Shown: positions 35,801 through 45,338 of the stretch, piece after piece | How positions within the stretch are numbered: the stretch's first letter is position 1 | Layout: each line of letters begins with the position of its first letter | Made by a program: the position numbers and the translations under genes | Notes under the pieces: model-generated | Databases searched by the model: none | What the model saw: the letters and a program-made list of their open reading frames with translations, nothing else | Told to the model about the DNA's origin: nothing | Assembly (NCBI GenBank): GCA_027923505.1 | Contig: BROI01000003.1 | Coordinates: 62,001-126,000, forward strand | DNA length: 64,000 bases | Direction of reading: 5' to 3' | DNA from: Mayamaea pseudoterrestris | Lineage: Eukaryota

Positions 35801-36437
35801 AATGCAGGAAGTCGGTCACAAACATCCTGAATACTTCACTTTGGAGCAGCAAATGGAAAAGTACCAATCTGCCTTGCTGGCGTCGGACGAATACCAAAAG
35901 ACCATGAAGCGACGTGAACAGGATTGGGAGGATTGCGTCGCACCGGAGAACCAAAAGGCACTCGTGAAACTTCGTCGACACATGCCTGTGAACATTCGCA
36001 ACGTTTCCGAAGCTGAACTATCGTCCACGCCAACACCCAACGGCAAGTTGCTGCCGGCAACCATTGTCAAGAAACTCAAGCGCACCAATGTGTTACAGCT
36101 CATTCGTCTGTCGCCAGAATACATTGAAAATGTCCATTTTGCCAATCTCGAAGGCATGTCACTATCGGGGTTGACTCTGACGGAGAATCGGGCCTTGTAT
36201 GAACATGTTCGCGTCCTGGGCCCAAAGTGGGAGCGAGGCCGCAAGGATAAAAGCATTGAACGAAAGTTCATGTGGTACCAGCTTGTCCGCAACAAGCTGC
36301 GACAAGCAATCGATCAGCAGTCTAGTACGAAGGAAGTGATTAGCTACGAGGGTGACTATGGGTTTCCTACAGGCGCAGTATACGAAGTGTTGGAAGTCGC
36401 CAAGGAGGATATGGATAAATACAGAAATAACATGTAA
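32865..36437 (+). CDS. 1190-aa hypothetical protein with internal duplications, WH2-like motif and polyproline stretch
   Basis: Single long ORF; N- and C-terminal domains are homologous to each other, two central helical repeats, GGLLAGIANMKLKKTE and PPPPVPPSP. Confidence 0.85.
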   Translation: MTDNALTPEQFQKLFALSEHDYQRQAPDWLRRVQQPASDTNESAQKLLTQLQTVSKTNRRLEQVLVNSNVPLPTDIPYAEAKLKIADINAMLSTCINQNEYQALAVELDKYTAALMASDEYQAELVEQEREWERANRSDNERALHAVRRHMPVQVRFCSEASLSDEHGLPKPLARKLVRTNVLQLLRKRPSDIEKMHPSMLEGFKTTGLTLTERRALYLHMLPLAGSWSKAKDQMTERKMTWYNMMKQKFQEGLGQWQHHVKEYGLPCATHKCNLIGNQCPFKADTGAMDYYSSGGYGFPEGDVYEQSEQAATVKLFPTTMSPSPLSPGNRSRSFLGPASLSPSAVARSRSFLGELTKATSQCAPAVSSSGEANRPLLSEVVNKAPKLAARRQESISRKPPEPTRSRKNLLNELEGKKPALPAPAAAGGLLAGIANMKLKKTEGPKEKASLIKEVAPGTKPTVKVAASSPPPTLAPAAERKPSTRKERQTSVTSVVVLDEAGERVLALKQHYQRIGKTSQIEEARVSCESLDAAMDKLESDLEQYIYWQLLDTDDMLSDSEKSRQIEAFRTTLQTTETTVSELNKRVYSSIGDDRSLIEVELAEDLHKMISSAVVFILTRGKELKKKDKGIRDHVVSINSKMQGIHSNNELALKKLGEGATPTRKVRTVAHITEKKKNLLSLQERSAIRAAGLERHYGKGKTAAAAILCDNLDAAMDRLDSYMDGWVDQMMQTDDTKTSDTEKQKLLGYYMTALEGLKIPVKELVQRTTSQSCSKTECEMIEDLHRLSSCVFNFIMQRMKKLDVKDKTIKKLLRELNEDIKSVHEEAVKSLKAFNLDAQPTRKVRSVKQIIEAKVNEKEKKTKQVVKKIVKTVKHEVVEVPVTPTGTPTRKASSTSPNRATTIPPPPVPPSPKTPEKSLIVSDVVGRDQLKWQLMKQVKDAVTMKRKLEKAITSNGLTIPDEKIGFEEAERKMTEISKRMQEVGHKHPEYFTLEQQMEKYQSALLASDEYQKTMKRREQDWEDCVAPENQKALVKLRRHMPVNIRNVSEAELSSTPTPNGKLLPATIVKKLKRTNVLQLIRLSPEYIENVHFANLEGMSLSGLTLTENRALYEHVRVLGPKWERGRKDKSIERKFMWYQLVRNKLRQAIDQQSSTKEVISYEGDYGFPTGAVYEVLEVAKEDMDKYRNNM

Positions 36438-36492
36438 AATTGGTTGATTATAAGCTACTAAAGTGATTGTCGTAAAGTCGTGCAGTCAAATC

Positions 36493-37551
36493 TTAACTTC
36501 TCAAAGAAGCAGAATTGCTTCTCGCGACAAAGGTTTGGACAATGTCTGGTTCCATGCCCGAGACGGCACTTCCACGATGTATTTGCGAAAACGCGACGAT
36601 TTTTTGCGCCTCCTCCAAACTCACGAGGGAGACTGCGCCAAAGTCCGTCCGCGCCCGTCCTCCGAGACTCTCGTACCACGAGCTTCCCGACTTGCGCACC
36701 ATGCCCGAGTGGGTGAGTCGGTCGTAGGCCGCTTGCACCTTGGCGTATTGAGCGCCAGCCGTCTCCTTGTTTTCAAGCGACTCGTGACGATCCGGATGAT
36801 GCTCGAACGACAGTTTGCGGTACTGCCGCTTGATTGTGGCCAAGTCCAAGTCGGCAGTGTCGCTGTCGATTTGCAGTATAGATCGCGCGTCACTGACTGA
36901 CAGTTGTTCCACTTGATTCTTGCCGTTGTCCAATATTCGCTCATAGACATGTTTCTGGAAGGAATCAATACATTCCAACGCATATTCCATGTTGTGCCGC
37001 GGCAGCTGCGCAAAGACGCGCGATCCGGTCTGCGCCAAGTGCGATAGTTCGCGGCAGTACAACGACACGCAGGCTTGCTTCAACGTTGCTTCGTCGGCTT
37101 CGGTTGCGGTAGTGGAAGCAAGCACCAAGTGTCCAATGGGTACCCAGTCGGAGACTGTGGTGCGAGTCTTGTCGCGCGCAGTGACGACGTATTCGGTGGT
37201 GGAGCAAAATGGTTCGTTATTAGTGGAGGATGATGAAGAAGAAAAAGCAGATTCGTCGTCGTCATCATCGTCACTCTCCAGTTGCCGAATCTTGGCAGCC
37301 TCCAAGAGCAATTGATCATACTTTTCAGATTGTCTCAGGACGGAAGCAGCTATGTCAAAGGGCGGAGAAGATGTTGACGCTTTTTGCTTTTTCTTGGTGC
37401 CTTTTTTGCTTGTGGTTGCTGCGGCAAAGCCGGCGTTTCGGCGAGTGCTGACTCTGGAAAAGGTGCTTGGCGTTACGGCGGGACTAAATGCAGCAGCTCC
37501 ACTCAAAAGGGACAATAGCAGTAGACAAGTAGTGGATTGGAGCATTTTCAT
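36493..37551 (-). CDS. Plastid-targeted DnaJ-domain protein
   Basis: Signal peptide plus AAA-FSP; J-domain ARSILQI...IKRQYRKLSFEHHPDR...VQAAYDRL with HPD motif. Confidence 0.88.
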   Translation of the reverse strand: MKMLQSTTCLLLLSLLSGAAAFSPAVTPSTFSRVSTRRNAGFAAATTSKKGTKKKQKASTSSPPFDIAASVLRQSEKYDQLLLEAAKIRQLESDDDDDDESAFSSSSSSTNNEPFCSTTEYVVTARDKTRTTVSDWVPIGHLVLASTTATEADEATLKQACVSLYCRELSHLAQTGSRVFAQLPRHNMEYALECIDSFQKHVYERILDNGKNQVEQLSVSDARSILQIDSDTADLDLATIKRQYRKLSFEHHPDRHESLENKETAGAQYAKVQAAYDRLTHSGMVRKSGSSWYESLGGRARTDFGAVSLVSLEEAQKIVAFSQIHRGSAVSGMEPDIVQTFVARSNSASLRS

Positions 37552-37648
37552 TGTGCTTTAAATGCCGATGATGATGCCGATGGTTGATAAATTTGAAGAA
37601 GGAACGAATATAAAAAGTGGAACGGAACGAATGGTGATCGGAATGTGA

Positions 37649-37673
37649 TGACGTCACATGTTTCGCACCGTTA
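37649..37673. promoter_or_regulatory. Candidate promoter module in a divergent intergenic region
   Basis: TGACGTCA at 37649-37656 and the variant TCGCACCGTTA at 37663-37673, between divergent starts at 37551 and 37719. Confidence 0.4.
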
Positions 37674-37718
37674 CTCAAGCCTTCGCGCACACCTTCCCTT
37701 GCGCCGCACAAATCCACC

Positions 37719-40700
37719 ATGGCGTCCGTCTCGTTGCCCGCTCGTACCTACACGGAAGTCGCCCTGACCTTTGCGTCCCTGGAACCAGATGGCGCGCTCA
37801 TTGTCAAGGATGACGACTTTGATGGCTCGGTAACATTGACAGCTCCAGCGGAAGAGTCGGCGCTTGTACTTCGCAGCAGCAACTACACTCCAAACAATAA
37901 CAATGATGCATCTCATACTCACATGCGCTACTCGGGATGTGAGTCTAGCGCAACGTACTACAAGGCGTGCGCCAGTGTTGGCATTCACGGCAAGCTGACC
38001 ACGACGGCCAAGCCGCACGAGCCATGGATCCTGCGCGTCTGCTACGAGTCCAAAGTGCTCGAGCTGAACCTTGGCCACACGTTTCGCTACGAAATTACGG
38101 CGGCGGTGCAAGGCTATCTCGTGTCAAACGGTCAAGACGACGATTTGATATTGCTACTGCTCGTGGATCATAACGGCGTCATTCTCAAACTGTATTTACA
38201 TCAAGACTTGACGCCAGCGCGTGGCAGCTGCTTGATTGATACGCCTCAGCGTTACGACGAAATGATTGCCGCCAAGCAAAAGTCGAGCGAACGTTTCGGT
38301 GTGACGCAAGGATCTCTAATGACGAGTCAGGTTGCCTTTCTGAATGCGTCCAAACTGGTCTTGGCCATGGGAAAGTTTATACTCTGCGTCGCACTTGATA
38401 GCAATCAAGCTTCCGCATCCATTTTGTTTCCATGGACAAGAGAGGCATTGACGAGAAAGAATCGACGCTTCAGCATGTTCAATGTCATTTCTGACGCCGT
38501 CGGTGCTGCTGCACTCTTGTCGGATTTGCAGCCTTGCTTGAGCATGGCGACTGCTTTCTGCAGCAACGGCGATGTAATGCTTGCGTCACTCCACAATGAT
38601 GGGCTGCTGAACCTTTGGACGCTGCCGAGCGATATCAGCAGCAGCAACCCGACCATGGTGCCGACGCACGTGGCGCTTTTAAAGACGGAAGGAGCGCTGC
38701 CTTGCGTCGATGAGTGGACGACGGATCAGCCCGTTCGTCCGCTGTGCCTCAAAATGCTGCGCGACAAGTTGGTCTTGGCAGTGGCGTTGCAGACGAGTGC
38801 ACTGGATACAACCTTGGTAGTGTTTCATGCGCCTTACACCAAAACAACGGCTCGCTTGAACGAGTTGGATATGCAGTCAGTGTCGCTAACGACCAAGGGA
38901 GTCTTGCTGGATTGGGAGATGGTCAAGGCGGATGATGACGATGACGACGATGTTGCGATTTACGACGCTACGCAGTGTCAGCTGCTAGCCGTCTTTTCTA
39001 GCACGCAGCAGCAGCCGAGCGAAACAATTTTCTGCATGTACCCGCCCGCCGCCGACTTTGGGATTTTGGCTCGTCAAACCAGTATTATGGCTCAAGAGCC
39101 AGTAGTACAGCCAAGTGAGTTCTTTTTGTATTCCTCTCATCTCGATGAATCCGATGCAAGTGCACCGATCACTTTCACGGACAATACGGTTGCGGCTGCG
39201 GTGCACGCCGTTGACAAGCAAAACATGCAGCGACTCTCTCGAAACTGTCACTTGGATCAGGTACCGTCCCGACCAGTGCTTGTGGAAGCGCTTCAAGAGC
39301 TCGTTCCTGGGTACCGCGTTCCGGAACATAGTACCATGGAATTGGAGACGCTGTTGGTTATTCAAGAGTTACGGATGCGACAGATGCAGAGCAAGCGATT
39401 CGGCACTACTCCGCGTCGCCAGACGCTTAGTCTGAGCACGTCAGGAAACGCTGGCGCAATGTCCATTTACGATCAATTGACTCCAAGCGCATTACCGGAC
39501 GTTGAAGAAATGAATGTTGACGACGATGGCGAAGATGCCGATCAAGAAGCAGACGTGGAGCGTCAAGTCAAGGAGCATCAACAGCGTTGGAACATGTTGT
39601 TTGCGGCGATCAGGAAGGCGCAATATCTCGAGCGGCTGCCGTGCATGTTGAAAATTTGTGGTGATGAATTATTTCTTCTGCGGTCTGGAACGACTAGCGT
39701 CGTCCGACGCACCAATACTTGGAACCTTACGGACCAGTTGAAGGATGTTGACGAAAGTGCCATGTATTTGATTCGAGCACTTGAAGCAGGGCCAGCAACG
39801 CAGCGAGCGTTGCGAAAGCACGAGCAGCTGATTTGGAATTTTGTGGCTAGTGGAAGATTTGCTTTTGAGAATTTTGGCGTTGAGGAAATGGGGGGCGCTC
39901 TAGAGGAAATGATTAAAAGCAGTTTGGCAAGTCTAACCGTGAAACATGGCTTGCCCTTTGAGCAGCAGCGCGTCGTGCAAAAATTCATGCAACTACCAGA
40001 AAATGATCGCGTAATGGCTCTACAGAACACAAGCTTGCTCTTACGGCGCAATCACCTTCCAGGCTTAAACTTATTGTCAGCGGCCGACATGGAGGTGGAT
40101 ACGATGTGTACGGACGATGTACAAGTGGTAGCCAAGCAGCTCCGCTTGTCGGCCATTGATTTGAATACCAGGTGCTTGGAATCATTGCGTCGTCTCTGTC
40201 TCGGGCGCAGTCTCATGTTGCTTTCCGCTAGTAATGATGAAGACCAATCGGTTTGTCTCCGCATGTACGTTCATATGGTTGGACTCCTGTGGGCGTCCTG
40301 TCAGTTGGTCGCTTCTCCCACTCTGGCGCGCACGGGCGCATTAGTTGTCGTTGGACACTCGTCTCCTCCAAGAAAGAGAGTTGGCGCTATCAGCTCTGCT
40401 GAGACAACTTTGGTCGTTGATGCGCTGATCCAGCAGTTGCCTGTCACACAATTACCTAGTATGTCATCGACCATGGTCGCCATTCATTTATGCAAGCAGG
40501 TGTCAGCTACTTGCCTATCAACGATTAGGACAGCTGATAAGCTTCCCGAGCTTGGGATAATTGCATACCAGGCCAAGATGTATCCACATATTGCCATCCG
40601 TCTTGTTGCTCCCTTTGTAAAATATGTTACCAGTTTTGACACGGTCAGCGATACGAACGCTCGCAAGGAGGTGCTGGCCGAGTGCTTACTTATTGAGAGT

Positions 40701-42611
40701 CTTCGTGCTTCCAAAGAAAACGCCGTTGCTATGGTTCAGCGTGCACAGTCTCTACTACCTTTTGATGTTCAAGATTTTACAGCTTCGAAGTGGCGATTGG
40801 GATTGCTGTGTCAAAATCTCGTTAGCAATCTTGCACTCGCTGAAGAATTGCTGGATTACGTTGATGCTGCTATTGCAACTTTGAACGACTTCCAGGCGGA
40901 CGATGGTAAACATGCTCGCGACGAATTGATGGCTCAGCTGTTGAACGCACGATTTGACGCGGCAATTGTAGTGCACCGTTGGGATGACGCTGTAATGGCC
41001 TGTTACGAAATGCACCGACGCGATCGACAGCAACATATCGAGCGTCTCGTCCGAGCAATGGTGGAGAGCGGTGATCTCTCGCGGCTGATAGAGTTTTGTG
41101 GCTCGCCGAGCGAAATTTCTGAACGAGCATATTTGGAGACATATGCCGCGAAGACAGATTTTGCATCAATAGCAGTCGAAACGCTTTTTCACGGAGGCGC
41201 CCGCGATGCATATCTTCTAAGGGCTACTCAAGAAGGCCCATTGACTGACTACCTTGGTGCGCTGTTTGCCATTTTTATCTCCCAGTCTGATTGGAAGCGA
41301 GCTGCGGAAGTTCAGAACCTCATTTTCGAAAAGGCTCGAACCGCGCTGGGCAATGAACCTCAGAATCTGGACCATAGAACAAGATTAGTCAGAGAAGAAC
41401 TCATTATCAAAGACATGGTACAATCTGCGATAGCATGCCGACAAGCGATTGATCAGATTCAATGTGATGACGACAAGTTTATCATTCCGCGCGCTTACGG
41501 GGAAGTATTTGCAACATCAGCTTTAAATGCCAACTCTCCTCTGCGCGTACGGCCGAGGTCGAGCTCTCCTGGCTCTCCGCAGGCCCAAAGCAAACAGAGC
41601 TGCTTGTTTGCGAGAGATATAGTATTACGGGCACACCTGACAGTAGCTCTGTCTACTGTGTACTTTGATGGTGTTGAGGACGATGGCGTCAATAACTCTG
41701 TTGATTTTGCGAAAAGTACTTTAGGAGCTGGTGCCAGGAGTCCTGCTTTCGTTGGAGATACGGTTACTGAATTGCTCGACCGAGGATATATTTTCGAAGC
41801 TCTGGTGCTTGTATTTGCTGTGAATGAGGTCTCATTAATGTCGCGCCACGAAAACCTCGGAAACATGTTGGAGCTTCTTATCAAGTTCCATTTGATTCCA
41901 CTGGTGCACGACAAAACCTACACTCCCGAACGACCAACTCTTCAACAGATCAGCCGTGCACTTGATATTTTCGGCGACCCAAATGCTCCGCCTATCGTTC
42001 TCATTGGTGATCGATCCAAGGTTGCCTCAGCCTGCGGTCGATCGGACATTCGGACGGCAGCATTCGAACTGATGCGGCGTATAACGCTTCGATTCTCGAA
42101 CTCGCATAACCTGCTTGCCAACAGAGTATCATCAATTTACATCACTCTGTTTCCAACGTCTCCTTTACCACAATGGTTAGAGGAGTTGATGATCTTTGGG
42201 ACCGATAGGAAGGAAGCTATTGGAATGTTTGCCAAGTACGCAACAAAGGACGATACTGGTTTCCCAGGAGATCCGTCTGCTTTGCTCACTTGGTATACAA
42301 TGCACGGAATGTATGAGGACGCCTGCCGCGTAGTCATTGCCACCTTGGTCGGACCGGATCCAATGGCTCGTCGCGAGAGTGCGCCGGCCCGACTGGCTCA
42401 TCGCGGCAAGATGGACTTTGTTCCAGTTGAAAAGATTGATTTGCTGTTTAGCTTGATGGACAATGGCATGCGAAAGGGAATTTTTGATGACAAGCGCCTG
42501 GAGGCTGTTCGTGCGAGTCGCAAGAGTTTGGAAGATGCTGTGATTGATCATTTGCAGCTGCTTAAGATTAGTACAGAGGGACTTCCGAGTGCAATGGCTA
42601 TGCAGTACTAG
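37719..42611 (+). CDS. NUP160: Nucleoporin Nup160/Nup120-like protein
   Basis: 1630-aa intronless ORF; beta-rich N-terminus (LASLHNDGLLNLW), helical solenoid, and C-terminal LPQWL...LLTWYTMHGMYEDAC...VPVEKIDLL pattern resembling the Nup160 C-terminus. Confidence 0.65.
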   Translation: MASVSLPARTYTEVALTFASLEPDGALIVKDDDFDGSVTLTAPAEESALVLRSSNYTPNNNNDASHTHMRYSGCESSATYYKACASVGIHGKLTTTAKPHEPWILRVCYESKVLELNLGHTFRYEITAAVQGYLVSNGQDDDLILLLLVDHNGVILKLYLHQDLTPARGSCLIDTPQRYDEMIAAKQKSSERFGVTQGSLMTSQVAFLNASKLVLAMGKFILCVALDSNQASASILFPWTREALTRKNRRFSMFNVISDAVGAAALLSDLQPCLSMATAFCSNGDVMLASLHNDGLLNLWTLPSDISSSNPTMVPTHVALLKTEGALPCVDEWTTDQPVRPLCLKMLRDKLVLAVALQTSALDTTLVVFHAPYTKTTARLNELDMQSVSLTTKGVLLDWEMVKADDDDDDDVAIYDATQCQLLAVFSSTQQQPSETIFCMYPPAADFGILARQTSIMAQEPVVQPSEFFLYSSHLDESDASAPITFTDNTVAAAVHAVDKQNMQRLSRNCHLDQVPSRPVLVEALQELVPGYRVPEHSTMELETLLVIQELRMRQMQSKRFGTTPRRQTLSLSTSGNAGAMSIYDQLTPSALPDVEEMNVDDDGEDADQEADVERQVKEHQQRWNMLFAAIRKAQYLERLPCMLKICGDELFLLRSGTTSVVRRTNTWNLTDQLKDVDESAMYLIRALEAGPATQRALRKHEQLIWNFVASGRFAFENFGVEEMGGALEEMIKSSLASLTVKHGLPFEQQRVVQKFMQLPENDRVMALQNTSLLLRRNHLPGLNLLSAADMEVDTMCTDDVQVVAKQLRLSAIDLNTRCLESLRRLCLGRSLMLLSASNDEDQSVCLRMYVHMVGLLWASCQLVASPTLARTGALVVVGHSSPPRKRVGAISSAETTLVVDALIQQLPVTQLPSMSSTMVAIHLCKQVSATCLSTIRTADKLPELGIIAYQAKMYPHIAIRLVAPFVKYVTSFDTVSDTNARKEVLAECLLIESLRASKENAVAMVQRAQSLLPFDVQDFTASKWRLGLLCQNLVSNLALAEELLDYVDAAIATLNDFQADDGKHARDELMAQLLNARFDAAIVVHRWDDAVMACYEMHRRDRQQHIERLVRAMVESGDLSRLIEFCGSPSEISERAYLETYAAKTDFASIAVETLFHGGARDAYLLRATQEGPLTDYLGALFAIFISQSDWKRAAEVQNLIFEKARTALGNEPQNLDHRTRLVREELIIKDMVQSAIACRQAIDQIQCDDDKFIIPRAYGEVFATSALNANSPLRVRPRSSSPGSPQAQSKQSCLFARDIVLRAHLTVALSTVYFDGVEDDGVNNSVDFAKSTLGAGARSPAFVGDTVTELLDRGYIFEALVLVFAVNEVSLMSRHENLGNMLELLIKFHLIPLVHDKTYTPERPTLQQISRALDIFGDPNAPPIVLIGDRSKVASACGRSDIRTAAFELMRRITLRFSNSHNLLANRVSSIYITLFPTSPLPQWLEELMIFGTDRKEAIGMFAKYATKDDTGFPGDPSALLTWYTMHGMYEDACRVVIATLVGPDPMARRESAPARLAHRGKMDFVPVEKIDLLFSLMDNGMRKGIFDDKRLEAVRASRKSLEDAVIDHLQLLKISTEGLPSAMAMQY

Positions 42612-42709
42612 AGAGCACACTCAGTGATGTACCTGTAAGTTTTTCTATTGCGAAACAGAAAATGTTGTTTTCTATAATGTTAACCATGCGAATGGATTTA
42701 GAGCTAGCT

Positions 42710-43120
42710 TTATTCCTTTTGCACGACCACATTCCACTCCTCAATTGAGTGTTCTGTTACAATCCCATTTGAGACATAGGGATCTTCAGCCAAGAACTGA
42801 TGGGCTGCCGCTTCCGTCGAAAAGATGAAAAGGGCTCCCTTGGGAACGCTTGCTCCAGGCTCGCTCGTTGGCCCTCCACTGAGGCAAGTTCCTTCCTCGA
42901 CGAGTTGCTTTGCCAAGCCCAAATGAGCTTCTCGAAAGGGTCCTCGCTTTTCCAAAACGTCCGGAACGTAGCTGTATCTCAAAAGGTACTGCATAGCGGA
43001 GAGTGCCGATGAACTTGATGTGAAGCAACGCTTGTGAACGTTGGTGGATGATCGGACGACTATTGGTCCAGATTTGGTCAAGGCGAATGCCAAAATGGAG
43101 AGTCTATCAATTCCCCACAT
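42710..43120 (-). CDS. YCII-related domain protein with N-terminal targeting peptide
   Basis: YLLRYSYVPDVLEKRGPFREAHL, SGGP, GALFIF, FLAEDPYVSNGIV, IEEW. Confidence 0.85.
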   Translation of the reverse strand: MWGIDRLSILAFALTKSGPIVVRSSTNVHKRCFTSSSSALSAMQYLLRYSYVPDVLEKRGPFREAHLGLAKQLVEEGTCLSGGPTSEPGASVPKGALFIFSTEAAAHQFLAEDPYVSNGIVTEHSIEEWNVVVQKE

Positions 43121-43654
43121 GAGTTTGTGTGGCTGTTCAGTTAAGTATGTTAGTCGTTACAGTAGGCAATCTTTTCGACTAATGGTAGTGCGGTTGTGAT
43201 GATTTCGATTTTTGTGATGAATGCGTGCATTTAATACCGCTACGATGTCGTATCGCCGATTCGCCTTGATGTTAGTCACTCGATGGAAATTGTGGGTGAT
43301 CCCACCATTAGCCACTATTAAAATTATATACTATGTATTTACATCATTTGTAACTAAACGATGGGAATCGAGGAGGTTTGCAAAAAGCTCTCCATTCTTT
43401 TAAACGCCTCGGCGCGTGGCAGCAATGTTTCATCTTGCCGTTTAGTATTCACTCCCATAGTTGCAGAGATATGACGTTCGTTTCGTGATAAAAGCTTCGC
43501 TCTTGTGGCGAGCTTGCTGCTATCGAGTCTGCCTATGCAGGTCAGGAGGTTGCACGTGCAGATGAAAGTTGCGGGTAAAAAAGCCTTGAACAACAACGTC
43601 CGAACTAAAAAAGCAGCGTCGTGTACAGCGACGTCGTCATTAACCCACAACTCA

Positions 43655-45338
43655 CTAAGTGCTCATTGGCGATGCATTCGCCAATTGTTGGAGCGTCCAT
43701 ATATATTTGGCAGGAACATGATGTTGTAAATCAAACATTCCGGGACGGATATGCAACCACAAGTAATTGGCGGGAGACTCCTCGCGTAGAGATACGACCC
43801 GTTTTTGATTACGACCGGATAACGATAGCCGCAGTATGCGTCCGGGTGGCACCAGCTTTTCGTTTGCCATGCTCTTTTGCAAACCTAGATGTGTGTCTGT
43901 ACACCAACTGAGATCTTCGTCCGACATATTTGCAATGCTGCCTCGACAAGTCGCGACGATGCGGCTCCGCAGACTAGGATCGGCGCAAAGATTGGATACT
44001 GCTGCTCCAATGTCTGATATATGCCCAAAGCTGAGACGCGAGAACGGGTCGCCATCCATCAAGACGGAAACAATGTTGGCATCTCGAATTGACTCCCAAT
44101 CGTCAAAGGAAACCACACATGGTGCTCCATAGATATACACTGCAGTTGCAGTCGTTACAGTGTCTTGCAAAAGTAATTTGAGCAGCGCGCAGACGCCACC
44201 GCCCATGGAGTGTCCAACGAGTACAAGCGAATACTCCGGATTAGCCTTTAGTTCTTCATGTATCAATTCTTGCACAGCGTCCTTCAGCAACCGAGCAGCC
44301 TGTAGCATGCCATGATGAGCGCGGATAACTCTCTTTTCTCTAGTGCTGTAAAAAATGCCGGGCCGCACAAGCTCCACTTGAGCCTCGTCGGGCAAGCAGC
44401 ACAGATCCGTCAAAACGTCATGGGCCGACCAAGTCCCTCGCACGCAAAGGACAATGGATTTCTTGACATGGTCACGAGCCAAAAAGTAGCCTGGTCGATG
44501 CGTCTTGGAAGTCCACTCCTGCGCAATAATGTCGTCATGCGACAAGTTGGTATGAGCGAGGATGGTGGCAATGTCTCCACCAAGGGAAAGGCGACGATTC
44601 CAGGCTAGATCAAGCTTCCAGCCGTAGGCTGCATTTGCAAAAATGGCATAGTAGGCAAGATCCTGCAATAGCTCTGGTTCAATGGTAGACGAAGCGCTCT
44701 TGTCATCTTTCTCAGCTTGCAGTCGTTGCTCCTCTTGCTGTAACTCATGATAGAGCGCCGCCTTCTGCAAACGAGCCAGTGCATACAGCGACTTTAAAAT
44801 GTCTGGCGTCGAGTATTTCGCCAAGCTCGTCCATAAGCCGTGTGTCTCTCGAAGCATGCATTGCACCGCTTCAAATGCTGCCGCGCGTTCTGGGTTTCGC
44901 TGAAAATAATTGGAAAAAATCTACGAGGCGACGTGAAGAAGAAAAAGGATTAGGGCATGTCTCGTCTAAAGAAGGATGCAGGCATGTAACATAAGTACTT
45001 ACTGGTAGACCTAGTCTGCTAGTCTCTTCAATACTGACTGTCGAGTTTGCAAGCATTTGCTCTTGGCTGTCGTCGTTGGACAGCTTTAAGATGGCACGAG
45101 GAAATCTCCAAACGACGTTGCCTGGCTTGGCAGATGTAGGCAAATCATTGGCATCGTGTCCTCGCATATAATTCGCCCATCTTGGTAGATAGAGAATGAA
45201 TGGGATCTCAAAGGATAAATTCAGTCTTCCACTATCATTTGGTCCGATGCTTTTATTTGCGTTGACATGCATGGAGCATGATGCGATGCAAAAGCCCATC
45301 CATGATGCGATAGTCCACTTTCGTACAAATGGTTTCAT
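43655..45338 (-). CDS. Class 3 lipase (diacylglycerol-lipase-like) (exons 45338-45003, 44920-43655)
   Basis: An 82-bp GT-AG intron (44921-45002, with CTAAT branch site) joins RLGLP|IFSNYFQ in frame. IVLCVRGTWSAHDVLTDL, AHHGML, LVGHSMGG, DPFSRLS, HHVPAKY. Confidence 0.88.

Noticed and set aside
31336..43120. Two YCII-domain genes as a functional cluster
   Set aside because: They are ~10 kb apart, separated by unrelated genes and very divergent; there is no evidence of linkage.
44871..45338. Separate 155-aa gene or frameshift upstream of the lipase
   Set aside because: Explained as exon 1 of the lipase via a canonical 82-bp intron.
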